64,000 nucleotides of DNA from Octopus vulgaris. Its lineage: Eukaryota. The notes beneath the pieces were generated by a model. It was not told the origin of the DNA. It searched no databases and saw only the letters and a program-made list of their open reading frames with translations. This document shows, one piece after another, positions 28,789 through 41,400 of the stretch (positions within the stretch are counted from its first letter, which is position 1; every line of letters begins with the position of its first letter). The stretch lies in assembly GCA_951406725.2 (NCBI GenBank), contig OX597818.1, forward strand, positions 111,042,001 to 111,106,000. Reading direction: 5' to 3'. Both the position numbers and the translations under genes were made by a program.

Positions 28789-31700
28789 ATAGAGAAGGTG
28801 ACAAAGTGCTGGGCATACCCACAAGGGACAGGGATCAGAATATAAATAGGATTGTTGAATAAAGGCAGAAAGGCATACAGATGGTAGCAAGTGTCAAGGC
28901 ATACCTTTGAGGTTCAAAGGTCATAATATAAGTGGCAGGATATTGCCAAAGAAGTGTGATGAGAGAGTGGGGAGTGGAAGTGAGAGGTAAAAACTTGGGT
29001 ATATATAGAATCAAGAGGGTTACTGGATAGGAATGATACAGAGAGACAGGACCATGAGGACAGAGTTGGGGAGTGAATTGTAGCCATAGTACATGAAAGA
29101 GAAAATGTGAGGATTAGAAGAAATGTAGACATGTAGATTGGTTTGTTGGGATAGTGTGTGAAAGTTTTCTTGTTACATGTGGGTGGAACACACAGGTTAA
29201 GGGCTAGAGGAAAGCAATGATACAGTGAAGAAGGAGAAAATGTGAGGAAGAGAAGAGATGTAGAGATGTAATTTGGTTTGTTGGGTTAGAGCAAGGATCA
29301 CCAAACTTTTATCACGGCAGGCCAGAGAGAGAATGATGAGCACAGACCATATAACCATTTTGTTTAATACAATACAGTGAATACACAAAAAACAAAGACA
29401 ATCAACATATTTATCAAAGAAGGCAACATTAGCAATAAGATAATTATATCACAACCAGAGCACATAAATCCAAATTTCACAAACTAAGCAGCAAAAAAAG
29501 TTTGTGAAATTTATGAAACTGGTGTTTAGCTTGTGAGATATCATCAGTTTTTGCTTTGCAATTGTTGCATCCAACCAAGAGAATTGCTTTCAAATGTTCA
29601 TCAGTTAACCTCATTCGATGTGCTGACTTCACATACATCACTTTTGAAAATTTTTGCTCACAGACATAAGTTATCCCAAACACTGGTGCCATACCAGAGG
29701 CAAATGAACTTTCATTGTAGGTGTTTACACAAAAGATACAGTGTAGCAGCGTCTTCCTGAGTCTCCTTCTTCTGCAGGTACCATCCACATTCAGTGATTG
29801 ACACTTCTTTATGCAACTGTCCTCCTGCATTCATATACCTCAGTTGTCCAGACCAATGTGGTCTTCTCTCTTTCATGCTACATTTGATTCCTCTTATGTC
29901 CAGCTTTTCTCTCAATACATTTGCACATTGTTATACATGCACACTGATGTTGCATATCCACAAAAGCATAATGCCTTCATTTCTCTCCAATCTAAACATG
30001 TCTTTTGCATTCTGAGCCCATGTCTCAATACCATGGAGTATAACCATTCACACAAAAGCTTCACCTGATTTTTATTCTAGAATAGTTTAAAACTTTGGCA
30101 CAAGGCCGGTAACTTCAAAGAAGGCAAATTCAATTACATTGTCCCCACTGCTCAATTTTTACTTATTCTATTAAATGTGAAAGGATGAAAGGCAAAGTCA
30201 ACCTGGGATGAAATTAGAACTCACAATGTAAAGATGGATGAAATTCCACTAAGCTATATGCCAGCTGCGCTAAAAATTCTGACAGCTCACCACCTTATAT
30301 ATATATCATCATCATCGTCATTTAACGTCTGTTTTCCATGCTAGCATGGGTTGGACGGTTCGACCGGGGTCTGGGAAACCAGGAGGCTGCACCAGGCTTC
30401 AGTCTGATCTGGCAGTGTTTCTACAGTTGGATGCCCTTCCTAATGCCAACCACCCCTTGAGTGTAGTGGGTTCTTTTCACATGCCATATATATATATATA
30501 TATATGTATGTATATCAATATATTGTGATCACATTTATACAACACAATCTACCTATTTCAATAAACTAAAGATTAAACAAAATGTAATAAAAATATTTAC
30601 TTAGTTTCTTCTTTGTCAAGAAGTGTATGACAGTACAGGTCCTTTGAAAGTTCTCCACAACCCTATAAATATTCAAAATGATAGCATATGTTTAGACTTT
30701 ATAATAAAATAAATGATTTAACATCAGTAGTTCTATTTTACCATGTAAATGACTCTTCAATCAAACTGGATATTGCCTCACTTCCTGAAGTAATTGGTTG
30801 TTTTGCTTCTCTACATCCACAGAATGTACACTAATTTACAGATGCTTAATTTGAATGAATGAGCAAATGCAGATTTGGTCTAAATGCATGAAAGTGAGGG
30901 AATTACCAATAAGGTCACCCAAGACCAATCTTTTAAATATTTTGGTGGAAAACAAGAGAAATCTCAGTCATGACAAATCTAGTTAGAAACACATCATAAA
31001 GAACAGGTGACTTAGATGAAACTGCACCTTGTTACATACTGTGATGTCACAAGTAGGCTAATGATATCGTTTACCTTATTTCTTATATGAATTAAGAGTC
31101 TTCAGAAAAACCTTCATAGATGACAGAATGTTGAAGGTATTAGAATGGACAAGGGATCAAATCTAAGTCCATGCAAAATACCTTTCTAAGAGCTTGCTGC
31201 TACTAAATTTCATACACAACATTTGGCTGGACACCCAGGTTAGGGGTTGAGTATTGAGATTGATCCTGGAATCACATGCTTGCAAAGTAAACTACTTAAA
31301 TGCATATCAATGCTTGTGCCTGCTTTGCAGGTGTAAGTGGATGGCTGTATTTTAAATGGGTGTGGCCATAGATGGGTAGGGAAGATGTTCAATTTGCAAC
31401 CACATGATTCCTGATTTAATCCCAATACCCAGCATCTTGGACAAGTGTTTTCTACCAGTTATTGTTTGACCAATTCCTTGTGAATAAAATTTGGTAGATG
31501 GAAACTGTGTAGAAGACCAGCTGTTGCTTGTACATTGAAGCCTCTGACTACAGCACAATGTTATCTAAGGAAAAGACAAAGGCCAATACAGCTTCACAGT
31601 AGTGTTACCACAAGCATGGCTGTGAGAAGGGAAAGAGCATGATGAGATACCACAAGGCATCCAGTCAGGTGTTTTAACAATCCTGGACTGCTACTATTAT

Positions 31701-34700
31701 TATCAATTTCAAAAAGTGAAAGGTGAAATTAACTTCACTGATATTTGAACTCAGAATGTAGACAACAAAGACAAATACTGCAAAGCCTTCTACCCGATGC
31801 TTGAATCTCTCTGCCAATATACTGCATTGTAAATAAATCGTATCAACTAACCTGAGAGTCTTCGAAGTGTTTTCTTGCAAGTCTCCTGCAAAAGAAACAA
31901 ACACATGTTCATCACATCATCACAATCATCATCATTACTTCTACATCAATTCACAAAAGGAACCATTGCAGAACTGTTATTTTATGTTTGTACATTTTAT
32001 TATTTAAATCTAAATCTAGAATTCATTTGAATAGGTTTAATCTCTGATTATCACCAGGCATCATATTTGTGGATGTCAGTACAGTATGAAACTGGAATGT
32101 ATTTAGCTTCCAAAAGATTTCTCTGTCAGAAAAAGCAGCCATGGTGAGTTGATGTCAGTTTTAGGTTTATCTTAACTGGCTTCTTAACAAGAGCATGACT
32201 CTTGCTAATAGGTAAAGCATCTTGGTTTTCCAAAATGGACAAAGGAACAAATAATATTACAAAGTATTATAAATGCTTCAAATTTTCATTAAGCTTGAAA
32301 CTCATGTTCATTCATTCAAATTAAGCTTCATTCAATTATTCTGGCAAAAGACTTTTGTCTTTGAATAACAAGTAATTCTTCATTATCTCACTTCTATATT
32401 GCTCACTGGCCAGTCCTTGGTCAGTTTTGGTAGCATATCAGGCAATTTAAGAAGTGGTTGCAAACCCTTTGATTTAACCCTTCCCCAATTATAGAGACAG
32501 AGACACTGTGGATGTGCCCTAAGATATTTTACACAGCACAATGACACAGTGAAGAAGTTAAGAAAGTTCAATTCATTTCTTTTGTTCTTGACTACAGTTC
32601 ATTATTTCAATGTGAACTGGAGAAAGAAATGATTCTGAATTGAAAATTCTCCCCTTATTCTGTTCCTCCCCTGTCTCTGTTCTGTGGGTGTATGGAATAG
32701 GTTTGAGCCTTTTGTTTTTCAGTTAAATACATACAAACAAAAATAGTGCATTAAAAGTGGCATAACAAGGACTTTCTGAAGTTGAAATACTGAACATATA
32801 TATTTAATTATGTCTCTTACTATTTCCTATATTTACACATCTTTATATTGTTATCATATTTATACATCACAGTCTCCTCATAATTAAAGATAAAAATTAA
32901 ATTTAAGCAGAATGTTATAAAATTACTTACCTGACATCTTCACCGTCAAAATCTTTGGCATAGTTATCAATTTCTTTTGTGAATTCTTTATATTCCTAAA
33001 AAAGTTTACAATAAAGACAATAAATGCAATGATTTAACATTAATAGTTCTATTTTGGATTGATTTCGACTCTTCAATGAAACAAAACATTACCTGACTCA
33101 CAGAAACACTTAAACAAAAAAAACCAACTAAATCTTTTCTCTATATATGCTAAATTCCAGTAAAGAGCTGAAATCATTCACTGATGGGGGATATTACCTA
33201 ACTTGAGAAGTGATGCACTAAAGGGATGTAACATAATACTACAAGGCATTTCATCTTGCACTGTCAACTGATTTTGATATTCCCTTCTTAAAAGAAGATT
33301 CTATGCAGTCACTAAAAGATAGCAACAAAATCTCCCTTAGATCTTGAAAAAAAAAAGAAAAAGACAAAAAGAAAGGCATGACTGCATGGTAAGAAATTGG
33401 TTTCCTAACCACATGACTCTAGGTTCAGTCCTACTGTGCAACTTTGGGCAAGTGTCTTCTACTATAGCCTTGGGCCAATCAAAATCTTGTGAGTTTGTGA
33501 GTAGATTTAGTTACAGAGACTGAAAGAAGACTGCTACACACACCCACACACACACACACACACACGAGTGTGTGTGCATCTTTGTTTGTCCTGAACCATT
33601 GCATGACAACCAGTGTTGGTGTGTTTATGCACCAATAACCTAGCAGTCCACCAAAAGTGATCAACAGAATAAGTACCAATCTTAAAAACAATAGGTACAG
33701 GGGTTGAGTCATTCCACTAAAAATTATGAAAGGTGGTACCCCAGCATGGCCACAGTCTAGCAACTGAAACAAGATGAAAGATATATTGGATAATGCTGTA
33801 TCAAGATACACAGTGAGTTCATTAGCTTCTATTTCAAAGGAGGAATGGGTACTTCTCCAACCAGCTACAATCACTACTGCTGCCTATCAGCTAAATTGCT
33901 GTATGTTGTGTTATCAGACATGAAAAGATGGAAAGCTATGTTGACCTCCGCACAATTTTGAATACAGAAATTCAAGAAAAGTGTTAAGCTGTCATTTGAT
34001 TGCTCAGCTAAATCTTCATCAACTATCATCTTTAAAATGTCTTAAACACGTTTGTTAGAAGGGGCAGGTAAGTTTCCATGATATTTTGGTAGCCCTGTCT
34101 CAGACTTGTAAGGATTTCCATGTATGTTGTTCAACCTCAACATCTGAAGGAAAAAAAATGTATGGAGAGGGAACTGCTGATTTCATCCAAATGCATGAAG
34201 GTGAGAGAATTCATACTAAAAGCACCCAAGAAGCAGATGGTGGTGTTAAAGTGAGTGGTATGTAAGACCTGTAGCCAGTTTTCTGATTAAACAAAGGACT
34301 TTGATCAAAACCAAACAGCTGGTCATCTTATGTCCAGATGAAGGAAAATAACGACCTATTGGAAATCATCATCATCATCATCATCATAGTTTTAATATAC
34401 ACATTTCATAGCTTACATGGGTCTGGCAAAATTCATTCACATAGTATTTTTACAGTGTAAGGATTTAATGTGTGTCCTTGGTCTTTAGACTCTGATGGAA
34501 AGACAACTGGAGCTAAACAACAAAAACTGTAATAGTAACAGCAATAGCCACAATAGTCACAATCAATGGTGCTGCAGCTACATCCACAATGTTTACATGC
34601 ATTTTAAAAGAGGAATACTCTCAACAATTCAACTGCAAAAGCAAAGAAAAATCATAAATCTTAAAATGACTGTTAAGGGCTCTCGCTCGATGAGATAAAA

Positions 34701-35454
34701 CATATGAGAGATAACAAGTCTGTGGTTAGGATGCTTTTCTGTTTCAACTCACATTAACAGAGGATCTACCAACTTATTTCCAACAGCTACACAAACTCAA
34801 TATGCTGTCTTTTACTAAAATAAATAAATAGTGAGAACTCACTTTTGTATATCCACAATGTTTTCTTGCTAGAGCCCTGCAAAAGAAATAAAAGGACACA
34901 CATCATCATCATGATCTTCATCATTTTTATGTCTTGAGACAAAGATGAACATCATAAGAATATAACTTTTATATAATTTCAGGAGAGGGCTAAGTCAATT
35001 ACATTGACCCCACTGCTCAATTTTTATTTATTCTATCGAACGTGAAAGGATGAAAGTCAACTGCAATAGAATTTGAACTCAGGATTGGGGAGTGAGAGGT
35101 AAGCATAGTGCATCATCATTTAACATCATCATTATTTAACATCTGCCTTCCATGCTTGTATGGGTAGGACGGTTCACTAGGAACCATCCAGACAGAGATT
35201 TGCACCAGACTTCTATGACTATTTTGGCAGAATTTTTACAGCTGGATGCCCTTCCTAACACTAACCACTCAGCAGAGTGAACTTAATGCATTTCATGTGG
35301 CCAAGCACAAGTGAGGTCAGTTTTGGCTTGGTTTTTACAGCTGGATACCCTTCCAAATGCCAATAACAGAATTTGAACTCAAAATGTAAAGACAGATCGA
35401 AATGCTACTAAGCATTATGCCTGTTGTGCTAATGATTCTATCAGCTAAACACCT

Positions 35455-35486
<32 letters not shown>

Positions 35487-38400
35487 TATCATTATATTGT
35501 GATCACATTTATACAAAACAGTCTCCTCATTTCAATGAAGCAAAAATCCAATTTAAATAAAATTTAATAAAAATATTTACTTAGCTTCTGCTTTGTCAAC
35601 ATATTGGTTATTGTCCAGTTCAGTGCAAAGATTTTTGTAACCCTATAAATATTCAAAATGAAAGCACATGTTTAGACTTTATAATAAACTGAATGATTTA
35701 ACATCTGCAGTTCTATTTTACCATGTAACTCACTCTTCAATCAAACTGGATATTGCCTGCCTTCCTGAAGCAATTGGTTGTTTTGCTTCTCTACATCCAC
35801 AGCAACATCAAATTTCAGATATTTTAGGAACATTGGAATAATTCCAGAACATATTCTTTCAACCAACTTAGGACTGTAGGAAAATTAAAGTAATCATTTC
35901 TAAACAATGCACAAGATCACACATTTTGTAGGAGTCTAATTATTTGCAACACAGAGCTTGACTAATAAAGGAATGTGGTCTACTAATTAGGGTTTTAACT
36001 TCACAATTATAAAATAATGGCTTTGCTTCCTGGACCAAGAGGTACATTATGCCCCTGAGTAAAACAGTTCAGTATATTTCCCTCTAATCTACTTAGCTGA
36101 CAATATGCAACAGCTGAGTGATGCTGGAGCCCTCTCTCAATCCAGCTATCATGTCCTCACTTTTGGGTGAAAGGTAGGATGGTTGAGGAGTTGTTTGTAT
36201 CGAATTGTCACTGCATAGACACATAAAACACTTACTGGAAGTATGGTTTCATGATACCAGATTATATTATTTTGTGTGAGATAGCTACGGAGTTATTTTT
36301 GTGGATTATTTTTCTAAATACTTGACTAATATTTTCTGAAATCAGAAAAGATGCAAGACAAAATTGACAAATGTGAGATTCAAAATCAGGCAATAATCCT
36401 CCACTTCATGAAAAGAAGTTCCAAAATACTCCTTACATCTCGAATAAGAGAGAAAAAAGTTGAGAGATTTGGATATACTGGATCTTACATTATCCAGATA
36501 TAGTATTTGGGTAAGGAAAGAAGACAAAATGGTATCACTTTCAACAACATTGCTCATTCAGAACTGACCTGGAATTAAGCCTTTCAGACTGAATGCACCC
36601 ATATCCAGCCTGAATATTCTAACTGTTTAATATTCACACCAGCCTCATCTAACTTCTCATACCTTCCCTACAATGTCATTTTTAAAATAAATAATCACAC
36701 AATTAAAACTACAAGATAATGAATGATTAATTCAAAACAATGTGAATAAATAAGGAGCACCTTTGACACAAGTATTTGAATGTTAAAGGGGTAAACAAGA
36801 ATAACAAAAATAAAATTAAATACGAGTCCAATAGAAGAAACAAAGACTTTCTCTTTCATTAGTTTCAATATCAAAGCTGCAGTTGTTACTTCTACCAACA
36901 CAACTTCAACAACTTTCCTTGTGTTATCAAGCTTCAATAAATGGGATGATACACTGAACTCACTTGCATTTCAATTCAGAAATTTCAAACATTAAACTAG
37001 TATATGAAAATCTTGTATACCGTCAAGTCTCTTCCTCTTAATGCTGCACCAAATTACCAATATTGAAAACAGGTTTAGAAATTCAAAACAAAGTAGAGAA
37101 TCAAAATATGTTTGGAGAAGAAAATAAATCTAATCTCTATTTCTTAACAGAAAAGGGCCATCACAGAAGGCTGCATATAATCGTTTCATTTGCTTAATTA
37201 TAGCAACTAAATTGTCATCAACTATTATCTTTCAAATGGCATCAGCTTATATTAAGTTCCTCGACTTCAGACAATGATCTACTAGAAAGACAAAACTTTT
37301 ATATTTTTTATAGGTTTGTCAGATGAGGCAAGTTACGATTTGGGTCATTTTGGTAGCCCTGCCTCAGACTTGTAAGAATTTCAGTGTATGATGTTCAACC
37401 TGAATAACGGAAGGTAAAAAATAATCGGTGGAGAGGAACTGCTGATTTGGTCCAAATGCATGAAAGTGAGGGAATTACCAATAAGGTCACCCAAGAACCA
37501 ATCTTTTAAATATTTTGGTGGAAAACAAGAGAAATCTCAATCATGACATCTCTAGTTAGAAACACATCAGAAAGAACAGGTGACTTAGATGAAACTGCAC
37601 CTTGTTACATACTGTGATGTCAAAGGTAGGTTAATGATCTCATTTACCTTATTTCTTAAATGAATTAAGAGTCTTTAGAAAAACCTTCATAGATGACAGA
37701 ATGTTGAAGATTATTCAGTCAAATGCAATGGCTGTTTATCCATAATGCAGATCCAATGTCATTAGTAGTACTGCTGCTGCTGCTACTGATGCCAGCAACA
37801 GCAGCACTATATTAACCACAAGAATACTGCAATGACAGCATACCTTGTTGTTAGTGTTATCTGTAGTTATCTGTAGTTGCTGCTCAATTTCAGACAGTAT
37901 TAAGAGATTATCTGCTAAATTAATCCAAACATGACATGAATTGAGGTACATGAAGGGAAAATGCAGAATAAATAAATAAATAAAAAAAACACCTGCACTG
38001 GATTTGATCGTATGACATAAGAGCATGTAATCCAATAGTTTTGTCCCACAACAATCACATTTCTACAGGTGTATCCACTTTGGTAGTTGATAATTAAATA
38101 ACACCAGATTTATTAACAAATCAGTTCTTTTTAGCTCTGTTGTAATTCTTTAGCCCCAGGTTAGTCCAGATCCAGCAGACCTATTATCCAAAAGAATGTT
38201 TCTTATGACTAAACCCAATAAGGACACTTATGCAGGGCCTCCATCACTGGTAGGAAAAGGGGCGGATGAATCCATCACTTGTTTGGTATCATCAGACCAT
38301 ATACCTCGAGTGAATGCTTACTACAGAAGGAATTCCACTGAATGCATCATAGGAACAGCTGATGGTATTAGAATGGAAAACAGATCAAATTTAAAACCGA

Positions 38401-41400
38401 AGAACAAGTAAGGTCCATACAAAAGAGATTTTGAAGAGCTTGCTGCTGCCAAATTTCATACACAGCATTTGGTATGACCCCAGGTTAAAGTAGAAGACTA
38501 GGTGTTGCATGTACAATGAAGCCTCCCAATGCACAGCACCTTGGACAAGTGTTTTCTACCATAGTAATTGTTTGACCAATTCCTTGTGAATAAAATTTGG
38601 TAGATGGAAACTGTGTAGAAAACCAGCTGTTGTTTATACATTGAAGCCTCTGTCTACAGCACAATGTTATCTAAGGAAAAGACAAAGGCCAATACAGCTT
38701 TACAGTAGTGTCACCACAAGCATGGCTGTGAGAAGGGAAAGAGCATGATGAGATACCACAAGGCATCCAGTCAGGTGTTTTAACAATCCTGGACTGCTAC
38801 TATTATTATCAATTTCAAAAAGTAAAAGGTAAAATTAATTTCACTGATATTTGAACTCAGAATGTAGAAAACCAAGACAAATACTGCAAAGCCTTCTATC
38901 CGATGCTTGAATCTCTCTGCCAATATACTGCACAGTAAATAAATCATATCAACTAACCTCATGCTTTTTAAAGTGTTTCTCTACCAGCTTCCTGCAAAAG
39001 AAACAAACATATTTTCATCACATCATTGCAATCATCATTACTTCTACACCAGCTCACAAAAAGAACCATTACAGAACTGTTATTTTATATTTGTACATTT
39101 TATTATTTTAATCTAAATTTAGAATTCATTTGAATAGGTTTAATCTCTGATTATCCCCAGGCATCATATTTATGGATGTCTGTAGAGTATGAAACTGGAA
39201 TGTATTTAGTGTACTAAGATTTCTCTGTCATCAAAAGCAGCCATGGTGAGTCGATGTCAGTTTTAGGTTTATCATTATTCCTTAACTTTGTCCCACCTTG
39301 CTCCTCCTTGCCTGGCTGACTGACGTAGTCAACTACCTCCTCTATAGTAAGACAACTATATCTGTCTCTCTGTCATACACTAAACTCTTGCCAGGCTCCC
39401 AGCCATATCCCTCGATTCTGCTCCTTCACTCAACTAAGAGCCCTTTGTCTTGCAAGTCACTTGACAACTCCACTGGTCTTGTTGTCATGTGAGATCACAT
39501 GTGCCACTGCCATGTAGGAAGTTCCTATGCACTGCCACATAAAATACGCTGAGTACATTCAGTAAAGTAACTGACACTGGGAAGTGCTCCCAGCAGCATA
39601 GACCATGCCGAAACATACAAATGGAGCCTGCTGTGGCCCTCCAGCTTGCCAGTTCCTATCAAACTATCCAATCCATACCATTAAATGATGATGGTTGTAC
39701 ATGATGTTGATGATGGTGGTGGTGTTAAAGGTCTTTACTTGTAAGTAAAAAAATGTTTTACTTTTTATAATTGAATCAGGGCAAAATGAAGACAGACCAG
39801 GTTGAGAGGACAATCATTTTAACTGACAGATCTTGCAGATTTAAACAGGATTATTATATGTAATGGTATATATCTTTACATGACTTTGTAGTGCAGAAGA
39901 TTTTAAAGACATAATTTCTTATACATTATTTGTTATTTGTATTAAAATTTCAGATTTGTTTTCAATTTCAGCTTCATAAGAATGAGACACTTTCATCAAA
40001 AAGCAATCAAGATTGGCAGATGATTTTATCCAAAGTTTGAGGTCATCATCATCATCATTAAACATTTGTATTTCATGCTAGCATAGGTTGGACTGTTTGA
40101 CTGGAACTGGCAAGGTGGGGAGCTGCAACAGGCTCCAGTCCTCTGCTTTGGTGAGGTTTTTATGGCTGAATGCACTTCGTAATGCCATCCACTTTACTGA
40201 GTGCACTGGGTGCTTTTGAAATGGCACCAGCAGAGATACATCTTACATGGCACCAGGAAAGGGGAATTTTAATTTTAATCAGAGTTTAAAACCTTTATTC
40301 TTCAATTCATTTCTATATGAACTGGGGAAAGAAATGATCTTGAACTGAAAATTCCCCCCCTTATTCTGTTCTCCCCTGCCTCTGTTCTGTAGGTGTATGG
40401 AATAGGTTTGAGCCTTTTGTTTTGCAGTTAAATACATACAAACAAAAATAGTGTATTAAAAGTTGCGCAACCGGGACTTACTGAAGTTGAAATACTGAAC
40501 ATAGATATTTCATGTTGTCTCATATCAACAATGTCATGGCTTCTCTTATTATTTCTTACATTTATAGTTCTTACATCGTTATCATATTTATACATCACAG
40601 TCTCCTTATAATTCAAACTCAAAATGAAACTTAAGCAGAATATTATACAATCACTTACTTTGCCGCTTCTTGTCCAAATTGTTTCCAATATTCATTCACA
40701 TCCTTTTCAAACTTTTTATATTCCTAGAAAAGTTTATAACAAAAGCATTTGTTGTAACTTAATAATAAAAGTAATGATTTGACATAAATATTTCTATCAA
40801 GATGAATAAAGAGTAAGCAACGTTTTGAACCATGAAGAATTTGTACTGGATTTTTTGCAGTTTTGAATTTTTTAAAACCATTTTTTAGCAATTATCTCAT
40901 TAATACAGACATAGATTTGCCAAATGGATCAATAAATTAATATTGATATTTTTTTACTGTTGTTACAATCATCTGAAAGAGAAATGTCAATATGTGATAT
41001 TTGAGCAATTTTGTTATTCAACTTCAAAAAAGGAGTTAAAGCAGCAGAAACTGCTTGCAATATCAATGAAACATTTGGTGAGGAAATGACCAGTGAGTGG
41101 TCAGCTCGAAAATGGTTTAAATAATTTCGCAGCAGAGACCTGAACCTTGAAGATCGCAAGCATCGTGGATGCCCATCTGTCATTGATGACGGTCATTGAG
41201 AAAGATACCGATAAATCTACTCAAGAAACGGCAAAAGAACTTCAAGTTAGCCAGAAAACTGCCTGCAACCATTTGCATGCAATTGGAAAATAAAAAATTT
41301 TGACAAAGGGGTACGACATGATTTGAATGAAAATGCACAGACCAATCCATTTCTTGACCATATTGCAACTTGCAATGAAAAGTGGATTCTGTACAATAAT

